Assembly: GCA_946622195.1 (NCBI GenBank)
Contig: CAMOPH010000012.1
Coordinates: 222-64,221 of the forward strand
Length of the DNA: 64,000 nt
Source: an uncultured Lachnospiraceae bacterium
Lineage (GTDB): Bacteria > Bacillota > Clostridia > Lachnospirales > Lachnospiraceae
Direction of reading: 5' to 3'
Part shown: piece after piece, positions 17,419 through 27,952 of the stretch
Layout: every line of letters starts with the position of its first letter
Numbering within the stretch: position 1 is the first letter of the stretch
Position numbers and translations under genes: made by a program
Notes under the pieces: generated by a model
Told to the model about the DNA's origin: nothing
The model's database searches: none
The model's input: only the letters and a program-made list of their open reading frames with translations

Positions 17419-20370
17419 TTATTGTTTGCCCTCTCTCATCTCCAGCGCGCCAAGAAGCGAACGAAGTCTGATATTGACTGCTGAGAGATTGTTGATTTCG
17501 TCTATTTTTATCTGTGTGTATATTCTGCCTGCATTTTCCACGATGGATCTGACTTCATCCGTGGTGATGGCATCGATTCCGCATCCGAAGGATACCAGCT
17601 GCACGAGTTCCATGTCTTTCTGGGTAACCGCATAGTGTGCCGCTCTGTAAAGTCTTTGATGGAAAGTCCACTGGTTGAGCACGTTGGTGGGAACTTTTCC
17701 GATTCTCGGGGCGATTGATTCCTCCGTTATTACGGCAAATCCAAGGCTGCACGCAAGCAAATCTATTCCGTGACTGATTTCCGGATCGATATGATAAGGT
17801 CTTCCGGCAAGAACCATGATTTTCTTGTTTAATTCTCTGGCTCTTGCAATGATTCTCTCGGTCTCGGCATAAAGGTCTTCTTTGTATTTATGATATTTCT
17901 TAAAGCCGGCTTTTACGGCTTCAAGCATCCTGCTTTTATCGGCTTTTATCAAGTCTGCGGGAAGATTTACCGAAAGTTCTCTCGCAAGCTCTGCTTCATC
18001 GGACACACTTAAGAAAGGTGCCAGATATTCGACATCTTTTAAGATATCCATATTGACTCTCAAAAGCTCCGGATAATAAGCAACCACGGGACAGTTGTAA
18101 TGATTGTCTCCTGCTTTCTCATCCACATTGTATGTAAGGCAGGGTGCAAAGATGGCATCGACCTTGTCTCTTACCAAAAGCTCGATATGACCGTGCATAA
18201 TCTTTGCGGGGTAACATACGGTATCCGAAGGAATGCTGTCCTGTCCGAGAAGATATGTATCTCTCGATGAAAGACCCGAAAGCTTGACGTTGAATCCGAG
18301 GTTTTCAAAAATGCCCACCCATAAAGGAGCAAGGTCGTACATACCAAGCTGAAGAGGCATGCCGATTACTTTCTGCCCTTCCTTTGCGGGAGCGCAAAGA
18401 TTCATGAAATACTGTCTCTTGAACTCGAAAAGATTAAGCTTCTCGTCAATTTTACCCTTGGCGGTCATCTTTTCGCATCTGTTGCCGGAGATGTATCTTC
18501 CTCCGTCCGAAAAGATATTGATTGTCAGAGCGCAGTGATTCGTACAGCCCTGACATACCGATGCCTTGGATGTATGCGTAAACTCTTTTAATTCATCAAG
18601 TGTTATGAGCGTGGATTCTTCGAGTCCGAGGCTCATTGAATAAATGGCCGCACCGTACGCACCCATAATACCGGCAATCGCAGGTCTTACGACATGTTTG
18701 CCGATCTCGTTTTCAAATGCGCGAAGAACGGCATCGTTTAAGAAAGTACCGCCCTGAACGACGATATGCTCTCCGAGTTCCGTCGGAGAATTTGCACGGA
18801 TTACCTTGTAAATCGCATTCTTGATAACCGAAACTGATATTCCGGCGGAAATATTTTCTACCGAAACTCCGTCCTTTTGTGCCTGTTTGATGGATGAGTT
18901 CATGAAAACCGTACATCTGGAGCCGAGATCCACGGGTGCATTGCCCTTAAGACCGAGTTTGGAAAACTCCTTGGAATCATAGCCCATCGATTTGGCAAAA
19001 GTCTCTATGAAAGAACCGCAGCCCGACGAACATGCTTCGTTAAGCATGATGCTGTCGACCGCTTCGTTTTTGATCTTGATACATTTGATATCCTGTCCGC
19101 CGATATCAAGGATGAAATCGACGTTTGGAAGAAACTGCTTTGAAGCCATGAAATGAGCCATGGTTTCAACGAGTCCCCTGTCCACATGGAATGCATTCAA
19201 AATAAGCTGCTCGCCGTATCCGGTTACCGCCGAAGCACGGATTTTTATTTTGTCGCCGCAAAGTGTGCGGACCTCGGTAAGCTTTTCTTTTACGACATCC
19301 ACGGGGTTACCCTTGTTGGAATTGTAATAATGCCAGAGGATTTCCTTCTTGTCATTGATAAGAACAAGCTTTGTGGTGGTCGAACCGCAGTCGATTCCAA
19401 GATATGCATCTCCCGAATAGGAAGCGATATCCTTAAAATCCACGGTCTCTTTGGCATGACGGTCTTTGAATTCCGCAAGTTCCTCATCATTTGCAAAAAG
19501 AGCGCTCATGCTCGCAACTTCTCTCTTGGCGGCAACAGTCTCTTTTAACATCTCAACGAGTTTGTCATATTCATAAGTTTTCTCGGATTTTTCGGCAAAA
19601 ACAGATGCGCCGAGCGCAACCGCATAAAGTGCGTAATCCGGGAAAATCGCATTTTCGTCTTCAAGTTTTAAGGTTTCCTTAAATGCTTTTCTTAAGCCCT
19701 TGTTGTAATAAAGGGGACCGCCCAAAAACATTACTTTTCCCTTAATCTTACGGCCCTGTGCAAGACCGGTAATGGTCTGATTGACTACGGCCATATAGAT
19801 ACTTGCGGCAATATCGTTTTTCGAAACGCCCTGGTTGATAAGAGGCTGAATGTCAGTCTTTGCAAATACGCCGCATCTTGAAGCAATGGGGTAAACCTTT
19901 TCGCATTTAAGGCTCATCTCATCGAGTTCGTCGGGTGTCACATTCAAAAGGGATGCCATCTGGTCGATAAAAGCACCCGTACCTCCGGCACAGGTTCCGT
20001 TCATTCTCTCGTCAACGCCGCCCTTTAAAAAGATGATTTTGGCATCTTCACCGCCGAGTTCTATTACAACCTCGGTATCGGGTTCTTTTTCTTCGACGAG
20101 CGCAAAAGTCGCATAAACTTCCTGTACAAACTGAAGTCTTGCGATTTCCGCAACACCCATTCCGGCAGACCCGGAGATGGCTATCTTTATCTTTTTGTCT
20201 TTGAGATATTCTTCCGCCTGAGTAATAAGCTCGAGGGTTTTCTGGCGAACCTGAGAATAGTGTCTCTCATATTTTTTGTATATTACATTGTCGCCGTCGC
20301 GAATCACGAGTTTGGCGGTGGTGGATCCGATATCCACGCCTACGTTAATCTCTCTGCCTGTCTGCTGCAT
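17419..20370 (-). CDS. acyl-CoA dehydratase activase (two BcrAD/BadFG ATPase domains + DUF2229)
   Basis: GVDIGSTT, ELGGEDAK, CAGGTG, RCGVF; second repeat GIDCGSTT, DIGGQD, CSSGCGS, RCTVF; SDTVCYPAK, SFGCGID. Confidence 0.9.
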   Translation of the reverse strand: MQQTGREINVGVDIGSTTAKLVIRDGDNVIYKKYERHYSQVRQKTLELITQAEEYLKDKKIKIAISGSAGMGVAEIARLQFVQEVYATFALVEEKEPDTEVVIELGGEDAKIIFLKGGVDERMNGTCAGGTGAFIDQMASLLNVTPDELDEMSLKCEKVYPIASRCGVFAKTDIQPLINQGVSKNDIAASIYMAVVNQTITGLAQGRKIKGKVMFLGGPLYYNKGLRKAFKETLKLEDENAIFPDYALYAVALGASVFAEKSEKTYEYDKLVEMLKETVAAKREVASMSALFANDEELAEFKDRHAKETVDFKDIASYSGDAYLGIDCGSTTTKLVLINDKKEILWHYYNSNKGNPVDVVKEKLTEVRTLCGDKIKIRASAVTGYGEQLILNAFHVDRGLVETMAHFMASKQFLPNVDFILDIGGQDIKCIKIKNEAVDSIMLNEACSSGCGSFIETFAKSMGYDSKEFSKLGLKGNAPVDLGSRCTVFMNSSIKQAQKDGVSVENISAGISVSVIKNAIYKVIRANSPTELGEHIVVQGGTFLNDAVLRAFENEIGKHVVRPAIAGIMGAYGAAIYSMSLGLEESTLITLDELKEFTHTSKASVCQGCTNHCALTINIFSDGGRYISGNRCEKMTAKGKIDEKLNLFEFKRQYFMNLCAPAKEGQKVIGMPLQLGMYDLAPLWVGIFENLGFNVKLSGLSSRDTYLLGQDSIPSDTVCYPAKIMHGHIELLVRDKVDAIFAPCLTYNVDEKAGDNHYNCPVVAYYPELLRVNMDILKDVEYLAPFLSVSDEAELARELSVNLPADLIKADKSRMLEAVKAGFKKYHKYKEDLYAETERIIARARELNKKIMVLAGRPYHIDPEISHGIDLLACSLGFAVITEESIAPRIGKVPTNVLNQWTFHQRLYRAAHYAVTQKDMELVQLVSFGCGIDAITTDEVRSIVENAGRIYTQIKIDEINNLSAVNIRLRSLLGALEMREGKQ

Positions 20371-20390
20371 ATTTCAACTCTCTTTCAAGT

Positions 20391-21239
20391 TTATCCTTTA
20401 AGAAACGTCTTTAATTCATCAAGTCTGTCGTTGGCCTCCCTGACACCCTCGTCATAAAGAGCCCTTATTTTTTCGATGTCTTTTTCCATATGGGAAACAT
20501 CCCAGTGTCCCACCGGATGGTAACTCATCACAAGACCTTCTTTTTCAAGTCTTTCCATCTCTTCATACTGACCTAAAAGAAGCGGAATTCTGACCTGAAC
20601 CGCATCGATGAATCCTTTGAATCTGCGATATTTTATTTTCATGAACGGAGTATATTTTTTAAGATTTGAAGGGTTCATTCCGTCGGCCTTGGTAGAAAGC
20701 ACGACAATCTTATCGCATCCTTTTTCGATAGCCCTTTGAATGGGAACGGGATCCGATACAGAACCGTCCATATAATATTTATCGCCGATTTGGTAAGGAC
20801 CGCTTATGAAGGGAAGCGATCCCGTCGCACGACCTGCATCAAAAAGACTCTCAACAGTACCTTCATCCTTAAGATATTCGGGCCTGCCCGTCACACAGTT
20901 TGTCGCAACGACCTCAACTTCGGTCTGAGATGAAAAAAATGTATCAAAATCAAAAGCCGGATCATCATATGCCATCTCGCCGTAAAGCTTTTTGAGATTC
21001 ATGAATTTGCCGCTTCTGCAAAGTTCCCTGAATCCGTAATATGATTTCTCCCTCGGGCAGAGAAACGCGTTTTTCGATCTGCCTTCCTGCTTTGCCACGT
21101 AATTGTAAAGCACTCCGGCACCTGCGGAAACACCGCATGCATAGTCGAATTCTATGCCCTCTTTTATATATACATCCAATACGCCGGCGGTGAACGCTCC
21201 TCTAAGACCGCCGCCCTCAAGTATGAGTCCTGTTTTCAT
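20391..21239 (-). CDS. patatin-like phospholipase family protein
   Basis: EGGGLRG oxyanion loop, GVSAG nucleophile motif, DGS. Confidence 0.9.
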   Translation of the reverse strand: MKTGLILEGGGLRGAFTAGVLDVYIKEGIEFDYACGVSAGAGVLYNYVAKQEGRSKNAFLCPREKSYYGFRELCRSGKFMNLKKLYGEMAYDDPAFDFDTFFSSQTEVEVVATNCVTGRPEYLKDEGTVESLFDAGRATGSLPFISGPYQIGDKYYMDGSVSDPVPIQRAIEKGCDKIVVLSTKADGMNPSNLKKYTPFMKIKYRRFKGFIDAVQVRIPLLLGQYEEMERLEKEGLVMSYHPVGHWDVSHMEKDIEKIRALYDEGVREANDRLDELKTFLKG

Positions 21240-21472
21240 TAACTCTTATTACCTATATTTCCAAACGATTTTAATCTTTCAAATCATACCGATTCGAAAA
21301 CAAAACACCATTTAATAATGTAACACTTCTTTATTAAAAAGTCATTAACTTTGTGGATAAAAATATTGTTTCAAAGTCCCAAATCAAGTATAATTATATG
21401 TAATCGTGCGATATTTTGAAGTGTCAACTTTTGCCGTTCGATTATTTACCAATGAAAGGAATTGTAACCATA

Positions 21473-23113
21473 ATGAGAAATAAACCTTATCCTTTGTACG
21501 ATACCCTCGAAGATATCACCGACTTAAAAGACCTGGTTCTCACAAAAGCCGCAGACAAACCCGACAAAATCGCGTTTGTATACCCCTGTGAAACCGGTGA
21601 GATGAGAAAGACTTTCTCGGATCTTAAGGAAGATATCAATTCATTCGGTACGTGGATGTACAAAAAGAACATAAAAGGTAAGAGAGTTGCCATCATCGGC
21701 AAGAATTCATATGAATGGCTCGTAGCTTTCCTTGCATGTGTTAACGGCGGAAATGTTGCGCTTGCAATAGACAAAAGCCTTCCCGATGCAGAGATCGAAA
21801 CCCTTATAAACTTGGGCGAATGCGATTATGCTTTCGTTACCGATCAGTACGTTGAGAAGGTCAATCCCAAAAGCGTTAAAAAAGTATACGACCTCGGCAC
21901 ATTCGATACGATTCTTTACGAAGGAAGAAAGCTTTTAAAAGAGAAAAACACGGAATTCCTTCAGTATAAAGTGGAACCGGACGATACAGCCTGCATCCTC
22001 TTTACTTCGGGTACATCCGGAAAGAGCAAGGGTGTTGAGCTTACAAACCGCAATATAGCTTTTGAAATAAACCGTACCTGTCAGCTCTTCAAGCTCGACG
22101 GACCGGTGCTCGCAGTGCTTCCTTTCCATCATGCTTTCGGACTTATCGTCGGCATTTTCATGGTTATGCACTACGGCCAGACAATATATATCAACAAGAG
22201 TCCCAAGTATGTTAAAAAGAATATGGCAGACTTCAAACCCCAGACCATGTTTCTGGTTCCCATGTTTGTCGAATTCTTCCATAAGCAGATTTGGGCAGAA
22301 ATCGACAAAAAGGGCAAAACAACCGCCATTAAAGGCCTTATGGCTTCCACCGACCTTCTCTTAAAGACCGGTGTTGACGTACGTAAAAAATCCTACGCCG
22401 CAATCCACAAAGTATTCGGCGGTAACCTTCAGTACATCATCTGCGGCGGTGCCGCTTTGGATCCCATGTATGTAAAAGAATTCAGAACTTGGGGTATCGA
22501 AATATTAAACGGATACGGAACCACGGAGTGTTCACCCTGTACCGCAGTTAACAGACCTTTCTTCCACAGAGACGGAAGCGTCGGACAACTTGTTCCCGGT
22601 ATGGAAGTCAAAGTATCCGATGAAGGTGAGATTCTCTTTAAAGGCGACAATGTCATGAAGGGATATTACAAGGACGAGGAAGCAACGGCTGCTGCCATTC
22701 AGGACGGATGGTATCATACCGGCGATTTGGGATTCGTTGATGACCAGGGCTTCATCGTTTTAACGGGACGTAAGAAAAACTTAATCATCCTTTCTAACGG
22801 TGAAAACCTCTCACCTGAAGAGCTTGAGGAAAATATCGCAAGAGATCCTCAGGTTCGTGAGGTACTCGTATACGACGAAGACGGCAAAATCGTTGCCGAA
22901 ATATATCCCGAAGAAGATTATTTCGACAATGTCGAATACTTCGAAGCACTTAAGGAAAAGATCAACAACAAGAGACCGATGTTTAAGCGTATCGCCGTTG
23001 TTAAGCTTCGTAAGGAAGAATTCATCAAGAATGCCAGCATGAAGATTGTAAGATATTTAAACATCCCTTCAATGCAAAACAAGCCTGCTTCTGACAATAC
23101 GACGAATAATTAA
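21473..23113 (+). CDS. long-chain fatty acid--CoA ligase (AMP-binding)
   Basis: FTSGTSGKSKG, GYGTTE, TGDLG, GRKKN; start placed at ATG 21473 after GAAAGGA. Confidence 0.88.
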   Translation: MRNKPYPLYDTLEDITDLKDLVLTKAADKPDKIAFVYPCETGEMRKTFSDLKEDINSFGTWMYKKNIKGKRVAIIGKNSYEWLVAFLACVNGGNVALAIDKSLPDAEIETLINLGECDYAFVTDQYVEKVNPKSVKKVYDLGTFDTILYEGRKLLKEKNTEFLQYKVEPDDTACILFTSGTSGKSKGVELTNRNIAFEINRTCQLFKLDGPVLAVLPFHHAFGLIVGIFMVMHYGQTIYINKSPKYVKKNMADFKPQTMFLVPMFVEFFHKQIWAEIDKKGKTTAIKGLMASTDLLLKTGVDVRKKSYAAIHKVFGGNLQYIICGGAALDPMYVKEFRTWGIEILNGYGTTECSPCTAVNRPFFHRDGSVGQLVPGMEVKVSDEGEILFKGDNVMKGYYKDEEATAAAIQDGWYHTGDLGFVDDQGFIVLTGRKKNLIILSNGENLSPEELEENIARDPQVREVLVYDEDGKIVAEIYPEEDYFDNVEYFEALKEKINNKRPMFKRIAVVKLRKEEFIKNASMKIVRYLNIPSMQNKPASDNTTNN

Positions 23114-23140
23114 TTTGTAAATTATAATCGAGGAAATAAA

Positions 23141-23815
23141 TTGTTCACCATTCTGATCGTGGAAGACAATAAGAATACGGCAAGGCTCATGGAAGTCGTA
23201 CTTACTCAAAACGGTTACTCAACATTGCACGCTTCCAATGGCGAAGAAGGCCTTAAAATGGTCGATGAGAATCACATCGATTTGATTCTTTTGGACCTTA
23301 TGATGCCCGTTATGGACGGAATCACATTCACCAGAGTATTAAGAAACTCGGGCTCACAGGTTCCGATAATAATGGTAACGGCAAAGGACCGTCAGGAAGA
23401 CATACGAAAAGGGTTCCTTACAGGCACCGATGATTACATGATAAAACCCATTGACGAGGTTGAATTGCTTCTTCGAATTCAGGCTCTTTTAAGAAGAGCT
23501 CACATAGCTGCCGAACATGAACTCGTGATCGGCAACACAACTCTTTTTTACGATTCTTTTCTCGTTCGTGAGAATGATACCGAATACGAACTTCCGAGAA
23601 AAGAATTTCAGCTTCTTTTCAAGCTTCTCTCGTATCCCAACAAGACCTTTACGAGAAAGCAGCTCATGGAAGAATTCTGGGATTCGGAGACTCAGTCCGA
23701 AGAACGTACGGTGGATGTTCATATCAATCACTTGAGAGACCGATTCAAAGGAAATGAGGATTTTGAGATAGTTACCGTAAGAGGACTCGGTTATAAAGCC
23801 GTCAAAAAGGATTAG
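23141..23815 (+). CDS. OmpR family response regulator (HssR-like)
   Basis: Receiver domain (VED, LLDLMMP, KP) and RTVDVHI; TTG start after GAGG. Confidence 0.9.
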   Translation: MFTILIVEDNKNTARLMEVVLTQNGYSTLHASNGEEGLKMVDENHIDLILLDLMMPVMDGITFTRVLRNSGSQVPIIMVTAKDRQEDIRKGFLTGTDDYMIKPIDEVELLLRIQALLRRAHIAAEHELVIGNTTLFYDSFLVRENDTEYELPRKEFQLLFKLLSYPNKTFTRKQLMEEFWDSETQSEERTVDVHINHLRDRFKGNEDFEIVTVRGLGYKAVKKD

Positions 23816-23817
23816 TA

Positions 23818-24915
23818 ATGCGAAAGCAATTCAGAAAACTGATAAACGCAATAATCAATTTATTTACAAAGCTGATAGAAAGCATTATCTTTCGAATCAG
23901 CTTTTTTATGATTTTCGCCCTTACCGTATCAAATGTGCTTGCGGGCGGCATAATGATGATTCTTTATCAGACTCCGCTTAAAGACAGACTCGGAATCACG
24001 CCTCTTAAGCTTACCATCATAGTTTTGATTTTTTCATACGTCTCTTCATCAGCTCTTTCTATCGTTATAAACAGAAACGTGTTTACGCCTCTTCGAAAGC
24101 TTACCAAGCTCACGAAACAGGTAAGCGACGGCAATTACAATATCAACACGGAAGGAATTACCAATATTTTTACCGAGAGAACCGACCTCGGTACATTGGT
24201 TGAGTCCTTTGAAGATATGACACAGGAGCTTTCTTCAACGGAAATCTTTCGAAATGATTTCATACACAATTTCTCCCATGAATTTAAAACCCCTATTATT
24301 TCAATCAGGGGCTTTGCCAACCAGCTCTACAAAGGAGACCTTACTCCCGAACAGCAAAAAGAATTTGCCAAAATCATTCTCGATGAGAGCGAACATCTCG
24401 CAAATATGAGTTCGAACGTTCTCTTGCTTTCAAAACTCGAATCTCAGGAAATAGTATCCGACAAGGAGAATTTCAGCCTCGATGAGCAGCTTCGAACCTG
24501 TATGCTTCTTATGGAGGAACAATGGAGTGCCAAGAATATCACCATAGACATGGATCTTGATGAAATAGAATATTATCAAAATAAAGATCTTTTATATCAC
24601 GTTTGGATGAATCTTTTTTCAAATGCCGTCAAATTTACGGGTGAAGGCGGCACAATCTCGGTTAAGTGTCACCCTGCCAACGATGCGATTTACATCGCGG
24701 TTTCCGACAACGGGATTGGCATGGACGATGCTACCAGAAATCATATTTTCGAAAAATTTTATCAGGGAGATTCTTCCCATGCAACGGCGGGAAACGGCCT
24801 CGGTCTTTCTTTGGTCAAAAGAATCATCGAGATGATGGGTGGCCGCATCTCCGTCGAAAGTGCTCTCAACAAAGGAAGTACGTTTATTGTTTCTCTTCCT
24901 TCTCAGACTGACTGA
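23818..24915 (+). CDS. HAMP-domain sensor histidine kinase (HssS-like, intramembrane type)
   Basis: Two closely spaced TM helices, HAMP, SHEFKTP H-box, NLFSNAVKF, DNGIG, GNGLGL. Confidence 0.92.
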   Translation: MRKQFRKLINAIINLFTKLIESIIFRISFFMIFALTVSNVLAGGIMMILYQTPLKDRLGITPLKLTIIVLIFSYVSSSALSIVINRNVFTPLRKLTKLTKQVSDGNYNINTEGITNIFTERTDLGTLVESFEDMTQELSSTEIFRNDFIHNFSHEFKTPIISIRGFANQLYKGDLTPEQQKEFAKIILDESEHLANMSSNVLLLSKLESQEIVSDKENFSLDEQLRTCMLLMEEQWSAKNITIDMDLDEIEYYQNKDLLYHVWMNLFSNAVKFTGEGGTISVKCHPANDAIYIAVSDNGIGMDDATRNHIFEKFYQGDSSHATAGNGLGLSLVKRIIEMMGGRISVESALNKGSTFIVSLPSQTD

Positions 24916-26287
24916 TTTCTTTTTTGTTTTTCTCAACAACTGCCTTTCCGTACCACTTCTTTTTGTACCAGTAATACATTACAATAAGGCCTCTTACACA
25001 CTCATCGGTTGCAGTGCCCATGTAGATTCCGGCAACTCCTATGCCAAGCAGCACACCGAATGTGTATCCGAGCGTCAATCCCAATCCCCACATCGTGAAA
25101 AGTCCCACAATCAAAGGGAATAAATATGCGCCGGCGGCTTTTAACGAACAGATAAATGTCATGTTAAGACAACGGCCTATCTCGACAAAAATATCCACAA
25201 GCATTATCATGCAGCCAAGAGCGATTATGTTTTCATTATTCGTGAATATCCTTAATGTATAAGGACAGATGATTCGGTTTACGGAAGCGAGTGCTATGGT
25301 TATTGGCATCGATACAAGAAGTGTCTTAAATACTCTCCTATAGGCTGCTTCTTCTTTGCCTGCGCCTACAAGATGGCCCGTTATTATCTGGGTTGCCATC
25401 GCAGAGGAATTGGAGAAAACCATCGCAAAGGATATGAGCGAATTACAGTAAACTCTCGCATTTACCGAATCGTTGCCCATTCCGTTAACAAAAGACAAAA
25501 GGCACATCTGATACATGGTATATGAAAGGTTCTCACCTGCCGAAGGGAGACCTATCTTTATCATTTTCATAAGCTGATCAAACGGGAAGGGACGAATGTA
25601 TTTGATGGCAATCTTTCCGATTTTCGCTGCATAGAAGAATACAAATGCAGCAACAAGAGCGATTAATCTGGCGGTTACGGTGGAAATTGCAACGCCTGCA
25701 ACACCCATGTTTAGATGCTTTAATCCGCCGTAGAGGAAAAGATAGTTACCGCCTATGTTGATGACATTGACAGCAATTGAAATATACATTCCGATCTTGG
25801 GATAACCGTTACAGCGAAGAATCTGTATAAGAACGTTATACATCGCCATAAGAAAACTTCCGCCGCCGACTATATAGATATAAGTCATGGCATAGGAACG
25901 CATTTCATCCGAAATTTTCAGAAATGCCATAAATACAGGGTTAGCCAATACGATGAGACCGCTTAAAAGGATTCCGAATGTCGCATTGAAAATAACCGCA
26001 AGCGAATATATCATATTCATCTTTTCATACATTTTTGCGCCCAGATACTGAGCCACAACCACGCTTGTCGCAGTTGCGATAATGTTGAAAAGAATGTTTA
26101 CCATAAACATTATCTGATTGGCATTGCCAACCGCGCCGACCGCATATTCGTCATAGTGACTAAGCATAAGCGTATCGACATTATTAAGCATGATTCCGAG
26201 AAGCATCTCGAAAAACATGGGTCCCGCTATCACAAGAAGCGGTGTCTTTTCATTTATTTCGGTATTTCTTTTTTGGTTTTTACTCAT
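24884..26287 (-). CDS. MATE family efflux transporter
   Basis: About 12 TM segments; VDTLML, AVGAVG, GVAGVAIST, IGLPSA. Confidence 0.9.
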   Translation of the reverse strand: MSKNQKRNTEINEKTPLLVIAGPMFFEMLLGIMLNNVDTLMLSHYDEYAVGAVGNANQIMFMVNILFNIIATATSVVVAQYLGAKMYEKMNMIYSLAVIFNATFGILLSGLIVLANPVFMAFLKISDEMRSYAMTYIYIVGGGSFLMAMYNVLIQILRCNGYPKIGMYISIAVNVINIGGNYLFLYGGLKHLNMGVAGVAISTVTARLIALVAAFVFFYAAKIGKIAIKYIRPFPFDQLMKMIKIGLPSAGENLSYTMYQMCLLSFVNGMGNDSVNARVYCNSLISFAMVFSNSSAMATQIITGHLVGAGKEEAAYRRVFKTLLVSMPITIALASVNRIICPYTLRIFTNNENIIALGCMIMLVDIFVEIGRCLNMTFICSLKAAGAYLFPLIVGLFTMWGLGLTLGYTFGVLLGIGVAGIYMGTATDECVRGLIVMYYWYKKKWYGKAVVEKNKKEISQSEKEEKQ

Positions 26288-26388
26288 AATCGGTTTTCTT
26301 TCCTGTATTGTTCGCCCCGTTACCGATTCAAAGATTCTCCCAACTTTACCCGTAAATTAATGAATTCCCCTAAAATATGCAGTCTGTT

Positions 26389-27804
26389 TTAATCCCCAAA
26401 AACATGCTGCATGAAAGCATCGTCTGTTTCATCCGGCTTTTTGTTCACGATAAGCGCAAGGTAGACTCCCTCACCGCTCAAACTCGAAACACCGATTTTC
26501 TCACAAACCTCTTCCGGTAGTTTTATAGCAGAAATTTCTTTTTCTGTCAAATCTGCCTCAGATAAATCTCCCTCTTCTTCGGGAACATACACATATCTGT
26601 CTTCTTCCGGTATGCCATACATATCGGCGAATGAAGTCATATCTTTAAAGCAGTCAAGTTCAATATAATGATCGATGAATTTCGCATCAATCAGGAAATA
26701 ATCGTAATATCCTGCCACTATCATCGGGAATAAAAGCTGATCCTGCGAAGGATCCGTCTTAAGTTCCTGACCTTCCACCAGTGTCATGGTCAAATCTTCC
26801 GACAGGTTGACCTGCTGCTTTCTTTTATTCGTAGCCATTTCATCAAAGAAGTCATCGACAAGATATTCTCTTCCTTCTTCGGATACCGTACAGAATAAAA
26901 GTCCGCCCGAATATATCATCTCTTTCTTTGTCAAAAATGCATCGTATATAAACCAGAGTGCAAAGAAAGCAACTGCCGCACTGAGAATAATCTTAAGAAG
27001 ATAGTAATCCTTGATGAATGTCAACTTCTCTTTAAACGTAAGCTCTTTGAATGTCTGTTTCTCCGCCTCGAACTTTCCTTTGATACTGTGTTCGTCAGGT
27101 CTTATAACAAGAGTATCTCCGAGTTTGCTCTCTTCGTTTTCGCTCTCACCCTCTGCCTGCTCACTCTTTTCTTCGGCGCTCTCCGTATCAATTCTGGCTT
27201 CAAGTTTCTTGAAACCTTTTATGAGTGTAAGATTCATAAAATAGAATGCGGTAGTTGTTCCGAACAAAAGAATTGCGGGAAGCCATGAAGCATACCAAAT
27301 ACATGCAATAATTGTAATGATTTCAAGTGCAAGTATAAGCAAAAGCTTAATGTAATAAAGGAACGAAAAGATTGCTGCTCCCTTAAATGCCTCTTTTATG
27401 GTCATATCAAATCTGGCTATGAAAGGAAAAATGGTCGCGGTAATAAATATTACGAAACATGTAAGCAAAGCCAGTGCCAAAAGGTAAATTTCGTGAACAT
27501 TTTTAAATCCCTTGTTGTAAATCCAAAGCCAGTCCACAGCAAGCAATACAAGAACCCAGAGCTGGATTATCCAAATAATGGTGGCCTGTTTGAAATTATC
27601 CTTAAACGCTTTGAAATAAGCTTTAAAAAGCGTGCCTTCCTCGCCTCTTACTATCTTCATTGAAACATAGTATTTTGCCGTATATGCGGCACCGAATGTA
27701 ATAATGGGCAAACTGCATACAAGCGTCAGCAGATTAAGCAATATAAAATCAGCCACTTTTCCGATAAACTGCATTACCGGGCTTTCAAATTTAAAAATAT
27801 TCAT
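26389..27804 (-). CDS. YesL/DUF624 membrane protein fused to a second membrane-anchored domain
   Basis: N-terminal LNLL..VCSLPIITFGAA..A and YFKAFKDNFKQAT; charged linker; second domain beginning KEKLTFIKDYY plus a TM helix. Confidence 0.8.
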   Translation of the reverse strand: MNIFKFESPVMQFIGKVADFILLNLLTLVCSLPIITFGAAYTAKYYVSMKIVRGEEGTLFKAYFKAFKDNFKQATIIWIIQLWVLVLLAVDWLWIYNKGFKNVHEIYLLALALLTCFVIFITATIFPFIARFDMTIKEAFKGAAIFSFLYYIKLLLILALEIITIIACIWYASWLPAILLFGTTTAFYFMNLTLIKGFKKLEARIDTESAEEKSEQAEGESENEESKLGDTLVIRPDEHSIKGKFEAEKQTFKELTFKEKLTFIKDYYLLKIILSAAVAFFALWFIYDAFLTKKEMIYSGGLLFCTVSEEGREYLVDDFFDEMATNKRKQQVNLSEDLTMTLVEGQELKTDPSQDQLLFPMIVAGYYDYFLIDAKFIDHYIELDCFKDMTSFADMYGIPEEDRYVYVPEEEGDLSEADLTEKEISAIKLPEEVCEKIGVSSLSGEGVYLALIVNKKPDETDDAFMQHVFGD

Positions 27805-27893
27805 AAATGAAACCTTTCAAGCTTCTTTGGTACTCGGGAATTATATCATATATCCCAAAATTTTATCAATCCGACAAATGTGAATTTTGTGAG

Positions 27894-27929
27894 AAAAAAC
27901 CGCCTCGGAATAGCAGTTCCGAAGCGGTT
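27894..27929 (-). terminator. terminator after the ABC permeases
   Basis: Minus strand AACCGCTTCGGAA / TTCCGAGGCGGTT stem with T run. Confidence 0.7.
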
Positions 27930-27952
27930 CAAATATATTTTTTGAAATTTGG

